Below are positions 1 through 14,100 of a DNA stretch of 64,000 nt, piece by piece (the stretch's first letter is position 1; each line of letters starts with the position of its first letter). The position numbers and the translations under genes were made by a program. The stretch spans positions 62,001 to 126,000 of the forward strand of contig CAJNYD010000293.1 in NCBI GenBank assembly GCA_905331295.1, in the 5' to 3' direction. The notes under the pieces were generated by a model that worked only from the letters and a program-made list of their open reading frames with translations, did not search any database and had not been told where the DNA came from. Source of the DNA: Rotaria socialis (lineage: Eukaryota).

Positions 1-707
1 TTACGAATTGATTGTGATGAAAAATTATGTGATGCAGTTATTGGTCTCCTCTGTATTGCCTATGAGAAAGAAAGGAAAATTGTAATTACAAAACAGAAAG
101 ATAGACTGATAGTACTTGTTGATAAGAAACTTGTTGTTGCTGTTGTTGTTGTTGTTGTTGTTGTTGCATGGCCATAAGTGGTGGTGGTGGTGTCGTTTGT
201 GGTGAAAACATTCGACCACTATTGTGTACATCAAATGGATGATCACCGGAGGCACCACTCAATGGGTCAATAACATTACTCCATGATGAACCTTGGTATG
301 TGGCCTGAAGATCAGGAAGTACACCATTTTGATAATTTGTTGATATTAATTTTCCATCATTCATCATTCCATTTCCATTAGCATTCATTTGTTGCTGGTG
401 ATCGTTACCATTAACTGGAACTGGTGATGATGACGATGTTGGCGTTGTTGATGTACTATTGCCTGTATTAGCATTCAGTGCAAGTTTTGCGATCGAACTT
501 TCGGTACTCATTGGATTATAAGAACACCAACTCGATGAGAGGAAAGACCTGAAAGTAATTTTGAAAATAAATAAATAAATAGAAAACATTTGATATCAAT
601 AAAAAAAAAGAAACAATTAGTCAATCATGCTTTATTGAATTTAAAAGAAAATACCTGGTAGAAATCGTCGGTGATGCGGCTGAAGAAGCCGTTACCAACG
701 AATACAT
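1..707 (-). CDS. 5' part of a low-complexity polyQ protein, running off the window edge; possibly a CPEB2-4/Orb2-type N-terminus
   Basis: Exons 707-655 (MYSLVTASSAASPTISTR), 548-116 (SFLSSSW...Q12...VSYQQ) and 59-1 (AIQRRPITASHNFSSQSIR) join in frame through GT-AG introns 654-549 and 115-60. The family guess rests only on the Q-tract plus an RRxITxxHNF motif I recall from invertebrate CPEB2-type proteins. No RRM lies in the window. Confidence 0.6.
131..166 (-). repeat. Coding (CAA/CAG)12 repeat encoding polyQ
   Basis: ttgttgttgctgttgttg... run on the plus strand, read as 12 Gln in exon 2 of the first gene. Confidence 0.9.
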
Positions 708-2418
708 TTTAATAAGATATGTAATTAAATAAAAAGAAATGGCTCTTCTAGAAAAAGATCACTGATGGAAAATGATTTTCATTAAATCAATGTGGCGCGT
801 TGTGTTATATTGCTAATGCACTTCTTCGTTTCCTTTTTTTTTACTGTTTCACGTTACTAAGAAGGTCACGAATGATTATTTTAAGTTAAGACAAAATCTG
901 ACAACAAAGTGAGAAATCATTTCGGCCGACATACACGACGACAAATAACATAGTCTTGTGCATATGTATGTATGCACGCTACACAATCATAAGAGAGTGA
1001 AAGAGAGCGATTGAACTACGACGACAACATTTGTTTGCACACGCGTCTCGTCGACGGTTTTTTTCCTTCTGAGCACAAGAAAAAAAAGATGGTCTCCTAT
1101 GAATGACAAAAGAATCGAAAGAGAAATGGTTGTTGAGCTTGCGTACAACACTGATGACCTAGCCTCATTCACTACATATATATATATATATATAGGATCG
1201 AGTTGCAGAGAAACGCATACTATTGATGTTGATAATCGTCTTCCTTTCATTGTCTCTTCTTTTCTATCCGTTGCTTTTCAATCAGCAGCACACGACGATA
1301 TTTCCTATTTTGTTTGTATGTGCACTATCGCACTTCATTTGATGCCACCATCACCGGCGCTCGGGACTTCACAGAATGAATTGTCTCTTTTAGTCTCTCT
1401 TCGTGTCATTTAGTTTCTATTTATGCACATAAAATATTCAGAAGAAAAAATTAATGATGTAGGCATACACATAAACGCAAATACATAAAAAGAACAAAGC
1501 AGTGAACTATCAGCTGTTAGTAAAAATTGTTCTCCGCTGAGTGTTATAGTGAAAGCGACACACGATGTAACCATCTGTTCAATTTATGCTAAGATAATTT
1601 ATTCTGTCTACCTGTATTTCTACTTATATATTCTTTTTTTTCTTCTCTAGTTTGAATTTATTGAAAACTAATACTTTAACACATATTTCCCGCGTATTTA
1701 TAATAATGATGGTGAGGTAAAAAAATAAATAAAATGACTCGTGCTGATTAATGTATTCAAATATTTGCATTAGAAAAATAAAACAGGTGTTTACATTCAA
1801 TTAAATGCAAAATATTTCCATGCCTGAAAATTTCTCTTAGCTATTTAGATAAATAATGAATTACCTTTTATATTGAAATTGATAAAAGATTGACTACAAA
1901 TAGAGATCGTTAGCTAACGAGTGAAACAGGCACATCAAAATAAAAAATAATTCAATCTAAAAACATAGAAAAAAGAACATTATTAACAAATCCTTTTTCC
2001 GTTTGTTCGTTTTAAATTAAAATCATTGTTTCATATCGTTTAGGTAGAGTTCAAATAAATATCTCATAGGAGAAGAAAAAAAAAGAAATAAACAAAAAAG
2101 GAGATCTAAAATTTTTTGATTATCCTAAAATATTCGACTGTTCATTTATATTTATGATACAATTACAAATTCATTCGTTTTCCCTGATTCCCGTGTATGA
2201 CTAAATTGTATAAGATAAAGATAAATAAAAAGCAGAAGCGCAAATCTCACTGTTAAACATACAAAATAGAACATATATCACTTAAGCACAGAAAAAACAA
2301 CAACAAGAACAAAAAAATCTCTTTGTTTTCTTTTTTTTTACCGACCAGCATTTGCACTAGTAATCTACGAGAGAAAAAATATTTCCAATAAAAAAAAAAC
2401 AAGAACACAGTGTACATA

Positions 2419-5400
2419 TTATCGAATATCCGTATCGAATGCATAATGTTGTGGGCGTACATAATGATAACTATATTGTTCATCATCCATAACATTATCA
2501 TAAAGTGATGATGCTCGTTTTAATCTTTCGATACCATTATCATGAATAAATGATGTTGTGATCATTTGTGATATTTGTAAATGTTCATCATCATCAATAA
2601 TATCACTTTTTGAGCTAATTGTATCATCATTATCATCATGACGATTTGCTTTTTGCCTATAACCACTCACCGATGGATCAGCACTCGATAAAATTGTACA
2701 ACAATCATATTCAGTTAAATATTGTTGATCACTTATTTGAAACGGTTTTGTTAAACGTTTTATTTCAATATATTGAGTTTCAATAGATGTATCACGTAAA
2801 TTTACTATTGGTGGTAAATCATCATCAGCAGTCGCTAATGGTGCTGTTGATGAAACAAGAAATGTATCAACAGTTGGTAAAGGTGCATATTTTGGTGATC
2901 GATCTGCTGCAATAATACGCGGTGACGTATTACTTTGATTGGATGATGTTGAATTAACTGGTTCTGAAATTTAAAAATATAATAATACTTTTTTTTTCTA
3001 TTTTGATCTTTGCGAAATTCTAACTATTAAAATCACATAAATTATTTCTCATTTATAAATAAAAAATAGGTTGATATTGCATAGACTAATAGTTTCAATT
3101 GTGTGCTTGATGAATAATTTATGTGTCTCAATAGCATACTTCGTACATTGCCTTAGGCATAGTTTTTCTATGAGTATTTTTTTTTTGAAGAACTATCTAA
3201 TAACATATTCATATGATAGCCATAGTATCTTACTTGTTTCATCTGATGTTACAGGTTTATTTGAAATATTAGGAGTTAATTTGGTTATATCACCCATTGA
3301 AATGTTAAATGGTTTTGCTGGTAATTCATTGTCTGTTGGTGAGGGTAATGTTAATAAATTATTTTGTTTTAGTTTTTCATAACAAACCATATATTCTTCA
3401 ATAATTTCATCAGTTGTTAATGTTGAGCCGCCAAAAGTTTGACATAATTCATTTTTTAGAAATGAATTAATACTATCAAATGTTTTTAAATGTAAAAGTT
3501 TTTTTCTATGTAAACGTAATATACAAAAAGCTGTAGTTAATAAAACTTGTTCGCCATCTAATACAAATATATCCCATAAACGAAGTGTTAACGGAAATGG
3601 AAGACAATCTTAATAGTAGAAAAAAAGGCAATTAATAACAATTAAATGAATTTTTTCACATGACCAACTGGGTTAATTTTTAAACTTCAACGGTTCTTCA
3701 ATGCTATTCTTGTCATCTATCGAAAAAATGTAATTTACAAAAGAAAAATATGTTCGGTACTAGAATAACCCATGTACAATCAAAGATAATTAGAAAAATG
3801 TATTTTTTCTATTAGGCTAGATAATATTAAACTGAAATCTAGATTCGAATTTTAAGAGCCTATGAAATGTTTTATCTAGTGTATTTCATAGATGATGAAT
3901 CATACTTGTCAGAATACTTGGTTGAGAGTAGTTCTAAGCAACAGTTGTATGTACTAATTTAAAAAAATACTCAATTGCCAAACACTTAACCTTTTTTTTT
4001 AACAAGTTAAAGTATCACAAGAAAAATATTCTTCTTTTCTAATTGTTTTAGCACTTTAATGGAAACCAATAGAAAACTCTGTCACCATTGCTTTTACTTT
4101 CTTCTGTAATAGCATCATTAAAAACAGATCGAATAAAATATGTTGAAAACGATTCTATTTCATTGTTGACCAATGCTGCTCTCACACCAGAGCTCGTTTA
4201 TGAAGTGTTATTATAGAATGCATGACATAGAAAACTTCATCAAGTATTAAAAATCAATATTTAGACTTCGATTACTCGCTTAGAATATATTTTAAAAAAA
4301 TGCAATAGTCGCTTTTTCTTGAATTATTTCTCGCATAATTTTATATGCGACACCTGTGAAGCTAATGGCTTATTATTTTCTATGTTATGTCTTACGAAGA
4401 ACGAGACCTGTCGAGTATTTTTCTTTTTACATTCACTATGTTAAAAATAATCTCTTCTTTTCAAATTGATGCTACTCGAATGAAGTCCTACTAGAGAAAA
4501 AAACAATTCAAACAACATAAAGTGTCAACTGAAGAGTCTTACGATAGAATCGCTAATTAAGAAAGCAAGTTAATGTGTAGCAGTGGATATTGACATATCG
4601 AATGTCATTTTGTATCGTACTTAGCTCACAGCTATCAATGGCTTTCACCAAATGACAAAGCTCGTATAGATTATTTTCACTTAATTTCTTATGCTCAAGT
4701 ATACAGAATCATTCTCTCTTTTTATTTTTCAATAGAATTTCTAATTAAAAATAATCATTATTGATAGTTGAGATTGTTTTCTACAGTAGGTATTAATGTC
4801 AACGAGAAAGAACTAATAGAGTATCTGTCATGCAATACTTGAAAAATCTCGTCCGCTATACAAAAATATATCATTAATATGGCATGTATGCTGTATACCA
4901 CGTGAAAAAAAGCCGCTTTCGTCTACCATGTGGCGGAAGGTACATGAAGAAAAAACGATAAGAACTCAAGTACTATTCCAGCTGGTCATGCTTATTCCTA
5001 TATAAAGATATATACCAAGATAACACAGCATAAACCAACGAATTGTATATAAATCACTTTGAACTTGACATGTAAGAAAATGTTTATACACTTTAGGTAA
5101 CATTTTTTTCATAATCTTCTCCAATTGTGCTTGAAATCGAAATAATTTTGGAAAACCAGGACAGAAAAATCCATGCATCATCCAACGAGATCCTGTCATT
5201 AATTGGCAAAATGCCCAAAATGCTTCTTCTTCAGGTAGATAGAAGAGAAGAAAAGCAACAATCTGATTCATACCTTGAGTATAACCAATTTCTGTATTGT
5301 ACACACTAAAGTAAAAAAAAAGAAGAATAAAAAGCTTAAACATTCGAATTTAATAAATAGTTCTATTCAAGGAAGATGAACCATAAAAAAAATGTATTTC

Positions 5401-6876
5401 CCTAAAAATTACTTTTGTCTTTAAATGAATAATGAAGTCCATTACCATTTTTGTCTTTGCGAAAAAATAAAAGTTATGTAATATATTATGATTTTTCTGT
5501 CGATTTTTAAATTATGCATATTGACAAAATATTTTGTACTTCTTTTATTCTCAATTATGCTAAACAATCGATTTCATGATCTCGATCCTTATATCCATGT
5601 CTTTTGTACCCGAATAAAAAATGTAAATTCTTTTTTTTTTCGTCTCTTTCTTCGACTTCTAGCCGTCTGTATGATGATAAATGACATTTATTGAATTAAG
5701 ACTTGAGTATGTCAATATATGTTCAGTATAATGAAAGAAGTTCTAAATATTTAATTACATTTCTATTGTCAAAAGTCGCTTTTGTACTTTTACTTGGCAA
5801 CATTAAACAGACATGTTCGTAGTATACTGAAGAATTCTAAATCTGATCTGCTCATGGCGAATATTATATGAGATCATCAATTATTTTAAGTGTCGGTACC
5901 ATATATTTGAATCTTGTTAATTTTATTTTTCTCTCATATTCGGTTAAAATTCTTGAGGGTGTCGTAAGAAAGAGTTAGTTTCACACTTCTTACGTTAGCA
6001 GCTATATAGAACTCAAAGAAGTCTATCTGATTGTAGCCAAAATAGCTATTAAAATGTTACCTTAAAGCTATTTTATATAGGAAAAATATTCATTATCGCA
6101 CTGTTAGTGAGATCTTTACATTAGTTCGAATGTATCTCATCATCTAACAGTAGAAAAACTTCTATGATTTATACAACATAGGATACGAGAACTTCATTAT
6201 TTTTCTTTCTGTGATAACATCTGATGAAAATAATAAATAAATAAATAAATCAATGAAAATACCTATATGCAGCCAATATTGAAAATAAATGTTTTTGCCT
6301 CATACAGTATCTATTGCAAAACATTTGATGATTTCTATATGTTCGATGTACATCAAGATCAATTTGATTTAAATATGTAGATGATAATTTTGCTTTTTTT
6401 TTCAATATATCATAATATCCTTTATTAACACGTAATTGTTCATCAAGATCAAATAACCGGGACCAAAATGCACCACGCAATGTACCTGGTAAACCTTTAA
6501 ACATTCGCCTTCGTAATTGTTCATTATCTCTTGTTATTGTATGATGGGCTTTTCTTAACATTTTATTCCATCGTGCACTACGTTTAATTTCTTGATGAAT
6601 TTGTTTACGTTCATTTATAGAAAGTGACTTAGTTGGTTGCTCATGTATAAATCCATAATGATCGATACAATTTGGATCTGTTGTTGAAAGACGTGGTGCC
6701 TGTTGGCTTGGATCATGAACTATATCCGATATTTTACCTTCGCTTTCATATAGAAGAAAAAGTCTTTCACGTTCATCGATTTGTTTTTTAAGATTTTTAT
6801 CGATATGGGTTAAAACAGGTGTTGATGGGCGCAATGGTAAAGGTGATGGATTACTCGTTGCTGATGACTGTTTCAT
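2419..6876 (-). CDS. USP6NL: USP6 N-terminal-like / RN-tre TBC-domain Rab GTPase-activating protein
   Basis: Four in-frame exons: 6876-6263, 5305-5016, 3608-3234, 2963-2419. Motifs DHYGFIHE, IDLDVHRT (Arg finger), YNTEIGYTQGM (Gln finger), EEEAFWAF, MHGFFCPGFPKLFRFQ (RN-tre/USP6NL-typical) and PFPLTLRLWDIFVLDG. Confidence 0.9.
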
Positions 6877-6981
6877 TCAAATCTAGAAATATAACATAGG
6901 TTTTATTTTTCATATCTGACTAGTAGTTGTGAATATTTATTTGTGTACATAGGTGAAAAGATACAAGAAAAAAAAAGTATT

Positions 6982-7266
6982 TTAGTCGAAAGAACCATCA
7001 AGAAATTCATATAATGGATTTGTATTTATGGAACTAAGTATATGTAAACGATCTAATCGTTTGGATGCACATTGTTTCATCGAACTATGAGCATCACGTG
7101 TTAACATGCGAATAAATTCTTCAGTGGCTAAGGTTAATAAATAAACACTATCATGACTAATCATACGTGTATTGTTATCAAGTTTTATTATTGATTTGAC
7201 TTTAGTTAATGGCAACTGGTACGCTCGTGCCGATGCAGATTTGATTTGATCCGTTGTTGAAGCCAT
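6982..7266 (-). CDS. POLE4: Histone-fold protein, DNA polymerase epsilon subunit 4 (POLE4/Dpb3-like; CHRAC1 less likely)
   Basis: Single exon, 94 aa from ATG 7266: LPLTKVKSIIKLD...SVYLLTLATEEFI...YEFLDGSFD. The C-terminus parallels the POLE4 ending FAFLEGTLD. Confidence 0.8.
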   Translation of the reverse strand: MASTTDQIKSASARAYQLPLTKVKSIIKLDNNTRMISHDSVYLLTLATEEFIRMLTRDAHSSMKQCASKRLDRLHILSSINTNPLYEFLDGSFD

Positions 7267-9331
7267 TCCAGTGTTAACAAAAGAATTACTAATAATAAAC
7301 AATCTTTTTTTTTCTGTTGTGTTGTTGTTCTGTATATCGACCAATGGAAACTAAATTTGATTTAAGTCAATTAAAACTTTTATTTCAATTTCAAAAGAAC
7401 TTTATTATTTATTCTTTTGTATTCCATAAAACTTGAGAAAATTGATTTTTCTGAATAGATGACACTAGTAAAAATAGAGGATTGGTTGGATATAATGTTT
7501 TTTTTTTCTTCTCTCGCTGGCTATAACAACAGCATTTATCAAGCAACAGAAATATTGTTTAATTAATTATATACAAACGTATTCAGAGTCTAGGAAAAAA
7601 TATTATTCATATGCATATGAACAAACATTTTTTTCCTAAGAAATACGAAATAATCGGTTTATAATTTGAGATTTTATTTTGAAGTAGTAATTGTTGGAAT
7701 TGATTTTTACTTACATTAGATATTTAGTTGTATTGTGTACCATAGGCATTCATACAGTAGGTGGCAATCATGCATGCAATAAGATAGTATGTGTATTATT
7801 GTCTAAAGACAGACGGACATATTGCGTTTCGACATCCACCTTTTACCTTGACTCAATGCTGAACGACCTAGAAAAAATACTGAGAAGTAATATCTTGTTT
7901 TTTCAGCTAAAAACTCTCAACTACAAAGTTGTCTTCTGTTCATTACAGAATATTAATTATACCAATAATAATATTCTATTGTCGATTAGTTAGATTTCAA
8001 TCTTAAATTACAAGAAAAAGACAGTCACTTCCGAAATATGTTTTAATTCTAGTCGAGATTTCCGTTGCTATTGATTAGACATATAAGTTTGATCAATTTT
8101 CAGGATGTAAACTAACTTTAATTATTTGTCTTTAACAATGAATGTATTAATTATTTTGTTTGTAATTATTATGCTTGAATCACATCATATGCAGACTTTT
8201 ATTGTCTAATACACTAATTATACGGAATGTACTATAATAATATTGTCTTAAACAATCTAGTTATAAAAAAAAGTATACGTAGAAAATATTCGCCTTGTTT
8301 TTTTTCTTTATGAGTAATATTTAATTGCAGTGGCAATAGTTTCATAACAGAAAAACAGAGTTAGTTTTTTCTCCTTGCAATAGCAACAAAAGATAGAACA
8401 AGTAAAATGACAAGTATTTTTCAGTACTACGATAAATTACATTTTTGTTTTTATCATTTAGAAACTTCATGTGCATATACAGTGTTATTTCAATCAGTTA
8501 GTAGTATTTATGTAAACTGCTTGTATTTTTTTTTAAATCGAGCGTTACAGATGTTCGATACGTTTTTGTTTCTTTTTCACCAATTTCCTATTCAAAACAT
8601 TATTCGTGCTTTTAGTAAGGTTTCTTATTTTTGTCGCGTTTTATTTCTATTATTTTTTTGGAGGAACTAAAAACTAATTCAGAATCTAATGAGGATATCC
8701 GAAACTTTTCATAGAATACGAATAGATGAAAATTAAATTTCCTCAGAAAAAAATTGGAGAATTATTTTTACTTGAAATAATTAATTTATTAGATGATAAT
8801 AGTAGATTTAAAAAATAGCCAACAATAGATAGAAATGAATATTTATTTTGTTTTTAAAAATAAGTACCAAAGAAATACTATAGATGTCAAGTTACAAATG
8901 TGGATTAGTAAATTTTGTTTTTTGAACAGGATAGATTATATTTTTCTATCATCATCGAAATTGTTTATTTATGAAATTTGATATCTTTATTTAGAAAGAT
9001 GTTCATTGATGGTCGAAAGATCTCTCTTTTCAGCGAGAAATCCATGAAGTAGATCATAGAATTTTCTATTTACAGAAAAGTTTTTAGAATTTATACTATG
9101 TGCACTGATGCGCAGAAATCATATTTCCTGCTGTACAATGACAAGTATATAGTCAAGCTAAGTGCAAAAAGGAAACGAGCAACTTCCTATTTGTTGCAAA
9201 AAACAATATATCTATGAGCTATATTTAAATTAAGTGAAATATAACACATGCGTTGTTTTTCATTAGTGAAAAAATTCACGTTTCTACTCGTCAGTTATTC
9301 AAGGCAAATGTTAATTATTTATCTTTCAGAT

Positions 9332-10662
9332 ATGACTTCTTTATTATTAACATCGAATAGATCTTATCTTAAATTTCCTATATATATGTGGTATCGTCAC
9401 TTGTCAACAACTGAACATCGTTCTCATGATCAATTACTATTAACAATTGGCCAAACTAATTTATTGCCTAACAGCACACAAAAAAATGAATGGAATATGT
9501 TAAGAAATCAATCAACTCAAAAACGTTATATAACTTTACATGTGCCTCCAACTGGTGATGAAAAACAAACACAAAATAGAAATGAACAAGCACCTTTTGA
9601 ATTTCCGCCAGGAAATCCCAATGATAAACCAAAACTTGAACATTTACGTTATATTGAAAATCAACTCATACGAATTGTAATTTCATAATTCATATTTATT
9701 TTAGTTTTTTTTTCTTTTTTAATTTATTAGTTTTTTTCTTTTAGTTACCTGATTTTTGTAAACGAATGCATCCATATGCTCTGTATACACCTGATGTTAT
9801 TTTTGAAAATTATTATGACGATCCACCCAAAATTATGAAGTAGGCAGAGAAGAAAAGGGTATTAGACAATGTATGTGTGACTGTAGATAGACGTATGACA
9901 GTTCGAATAGCGTTTAGACTAATACACGATTTCATGATGAAGTCTTCGCCAACGCGCTTACTAACCAAACTAAAATAATCATAATTTACATATTGCAAGT
10001 TTTAAATTAATTAATGCTAATTGTATTCAAAAACTCAGGTAGACATTAAAGATAAACAAAACAATTACTTAGCAATCAATCTTTATTGTCTAAAACTGAT
10101 CTAAAACTGTCATATTTCTATCATCAACAATAAAATATACATTAGATTTTCTATATATTCTCTTTTTTGATTATAGAGGAGCCGGCAGTTATGCTTTAGC
10201 TCTATTCTGGATTCGGACAAAATTAAATTTTAAATTAATGAGCGTAACTATTACTCTACTTAAAACGACAATTGATGAAGAATCAGATTGTGTTAAAATA
10301 CGTTGGCGTGCGTCTGGTTTATCAAATAAATCATTTGTTGGCGTTCTTAAAGGCTGGAAAAAACCAAAAGATGTTGCTGGAAATATACGTGATTACATCG
10401 AGTAAAATATTCATTTCTTCAAAAGAATTCCTTGACGATTTTGTTTTTGGGAAATAGATCTATCGATGGACTTTCAACATTTTATGTTCGTGGCGATGGC
10501 CGTATTCATAAACATCGAGTCGATCGAGTAATTCAAATTTGAAAAACAAATTATTTTATTTTTTTCTATTCTTTAAAGGTTATGGTCGATGAAGATAAGG
10601 AGCTAGCAGCATCGTTGAATAAAAAGAAATTAGCTGCAGCAACAGCACCAGTTTCTGCGTAG
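9332..10662 (+). CDS. C6orf136: C6orf136-like (DUF2358) protein with probable mitochondrial targeting N-terminus
   Basis: Five exons (~9332-9676, 9744-9839, 10178-10402, 10459-10527, 10579-10662). They give LPDFCKRMHPYALYTPDVIFEN...VKIRWRASGL...DGLSTFYVRGDGRIHKHRVDRVM, matching the family pattern (YSLYSxDVEF...RWR..G...STFYL...G.I.RHRLD). Confidence 0.75.
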
Positions 10663-11187
10663 TATAAATTAGTATTGTTCTTCTTTTTTTCTTTTACTTG
10701 TTAATTAAAAACAAAAAAAAAAGGAAATTAATCACTGATGACTTTTATTTCTGTGTCTAAACGATAAAAATTACGAGCATCTTTTTCATTTCTAGATTAT
10801 CAAATATATATTCTTCTAAAACGGGTAAGTTTAGTATCCTATTATTAATATTCATTTTTACACTACACATTGCCTTGAGACTAATGCGAGAGAAAAACAA
10901 AATAGAATAAATGTTGTTTTGTTTCTTCTTCATTCTCGTTTTATTATGTTATACGATACGAAACACAGGGACCGATGTTTTTTTTTCCTGGTGCGACGCA
11001 ATAGGAACACTTCTTTCACTGAATCATTTTTTTTCCGCCTCTACATGTAACGGATTCGTATAGCAGATGCGAATATAAGAAGAATATTCTCGATCGAAAT
11101 CATATTAGGATTTATATTTTTTTACTCATTGCTTGCCGTCTTATTTAATCTCATTAGGATATTTGAAATAAGAAAAAAAAGCGTATT

Positions 11188-14100
11188 ATGAAATCAAAAC
11201 GTGCTCGAAATGGACCACGTACTTTGAAAGAGGACATTAGAAATACTATGCACATGTCATCATCGCGACCAAAACAAGACACTACACCCTATCTGGCATC
11301 AATTATGAATTCTAGTGGTAGGATTTATTGTAAACTGTTTACTGAAAACTATTCAATAGTGCTTCTACAGCTTTCTCGATATACACTCATTTTTCACCAC
11401 ACACACACACACACACACACGTTAATATATTAATACGCATCTTCATATTTAATGTTCGTTTGTAATATAAGACAGCTGATAATGATTAGTAACCTTTTAG
11501 ATTGGGTATGGTATGCTTTAACGAAATAGAAAAGAAATAAAGTGTTCTCGTCTTTTTTTTCGAATCTTTCTTCTATATTTTTGCTTTTTGCTCTATCTTG
11601 ATCGACTTACTGTTATGTAATATGCGCGGCTATGATTGTGTTTTTTCTCATCGTAATTCGTTGTATATTGACTCTTTCTGTTTTCTTCTTATTTTAATCT
11701 TTCGCTTTTTCATAATCATCGTGCATTTGATGCCATAATATATACAAGTAATTTCGACCAACATTTTGTTAGACGACATCGCCATTGACAATTCAGTTAC
11801 TGCTATTACTACTACTCATCATCGTACATCTAAAAGCAAGCTTTTATTCTAGTATTTTTCCTGTTCTATCCCGGGCTTTTAGTTTTTCTGTTCACTTTGA
11901 AATATAATACTGATTAATCGATACTAGAACACGACAGTAATCAATTATGTTTCCTTAATCTTACTGATTGAAAAAGATTAAACAAATATTTATTATATTA
12001 GTTTTTAATTGATTTCTCTCATATTGCTGTATTTTCATTGTCTATATTACTTAATCAGTCAGTTCCCTACTGTTATTCTTGCTGCTTATGCACGAGCGCA
12101 TTCTTCTTTCACTCGTATTCTAATCTCGATCAACATTCGTTTATCTATTTAAAACATGCGCTATTAATAGTCTCTTTTTGCATAATAATTAAAGCACGAT
12201 TTATCCGATGGCAGCTATTGTAATGAAAAGAAAATCGGCAAAAAAAAGAGATAATGTAGAAAGCAAACAAAAGGCTTGTCTCGCTCAATAATCGCTCGCC
12301 AATAGTAATAGCATAATATTATCGTAGCAACTACTTCCACGCATGTATGATCGCTTTGTTGAAAACAGAACGGGTTCTAAAGTTATAAAACATTTCTTTT
12401 TTGTTGTTCAACATATGCGTTTATATTCATCTATTATTTTCAGATCCGAACGTTGAAAATCCTACATTCATTTCTCGACCAAATGTTGCCTCTAATTTTA
12501 AAAGATCGCATAATTCCTATCCAACAATATCAACACTAGCATCTATACTAGTTGATCCTAGTGCAGCAGGAACGGATAATTCTAAATTAAATAATTTATC
12601 AGTAGCAGAATCTGGTAATTTTTGACAGAAAAACAGACTAAACAAAAATATTTTATTTTCTATCATTAATAGATAACACATCTCGTTTATCGGTATCAAG
12701 CGATTCAAAACAGGCAAATACAATGCTTTCAACATCCATGCAAAATTTAAATCATTCAACCAATGCAACAACAATAGGAACTGGTATTGCACCACCTCCT
12801 GTTAATTTTCAACAACCATTACATATGCAATCAACGACACCATCGGTCGCTAATGGAAAAGATGATATGCGAGGATGGCTATATAAATGGACTAATGTAA
12901 AATAAAATTTTCTTTTTTGTTTTTGAAAAACAAACAAAACTATTTTATTTTCTTATTTTCAGTATTTGAAAGGCTATCAAAAACGCTGGTTTGTTTTACA
13001 AGCTGGTGTACTTTACTATTATCGTTCACAAGATGAAATGACACATACATGCCGCGGTACAGTTTATCTTGAATCAGCACATTTATCATCAAATGATGCA
13101 TGTCATTTTATTATATCCAATGGTTCCACAATATTACATTTGCGTACATCAACTGAAACTGATAAGCAACGTTGGATGAGTGCATTAGAATTAGCTAAAC
13201 AAAAAGCATTAAAATCAAGAAAACAATATCAAGATTCTGATGAAGATATATCAACAACCGATGATGCTAATGATCAACAATTAAATCAAGCACATCAAAC
13301 TCAACTTCACCAACAACAACAACTAACGAACCTAAGTGATCAAACGAAATTATTAACAACTACGACTGAGCGTGCTGAATTAGTTACAATGAATAAAGCA
13401 TTTGATTCTAAATTAGATGATTTGAAAATGTGTATGGACTTAATTAATCGTCATTATCAAGCACTTTATCGTACACTTGGCGATCTTGAACAAATTGATA
13501 AATCAGAAACAACCGTAAATATAATTAAAAGTGTTAACGAACGTGCTACATTGTTTCGTATTACATCAACAGGTAAGAATATTCGAAAGAAAAGAAAAAA
13601 AGAGAAATCATCAAATAATAGAATATGCTTTGTATAAGAAGATTTAATGGTAAATGGAATATTTATTTTCATCTGGTTCTGTTTGTTTGAATGAGAGAGT
13701 AAGAAGAGAAAAAAAGACGTTTTTTTTGTTAAAACGTCGGAAACAGCATCCCATTTCCGGTTATTTACGATTAAATATTGAGTTGCAATCAATAGAAAAT
13801 TGATTTCAAGATTTTCTCAATCAGAAACATAGAAAACATCTAATTCATTATGAAATCGATTTTATAGTAAAATTCGCAGTCACTAGGGTTATACGAACGG
13901 AAAAATTGCTTAGATTAGAACTTCAAGAAAGAAAGTCCATATAGCTCTCATCTTTATAAATATATCACATTAATAGGTTTCGCTAGATCAACATCTCAAA
14001 TTCTGATGACACGATCTAGGCACGCTTAGTAAACTTTAAAATTCTAACTTGATATAATTTTTGTGTTTATAAATGATGAAATTTTTAATGCGGTGCGAAG

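Noticed and set aside
987..1413. Overlapping ORFs 987-1250(-) and 1099-1413(+)
   Set aside because: They run through a (TA)n microsatellite (YIYIYI) in the upstream region of the first gene and show no family motif.
4525..4560. Hammerhead-ribozyme-like core CTGAAGA-GTC-TTAC-GAT-AGAA
   Set aside because: The GAAA box is imperfect and no stems I/III could be built; probably chance.
7691..8670. ORFs 7691-7993 and 8407-8670
   Set aside because: F/L/I-rich translations expected from AT-rich non-coding DNA; no motifs or coherent splice structure.
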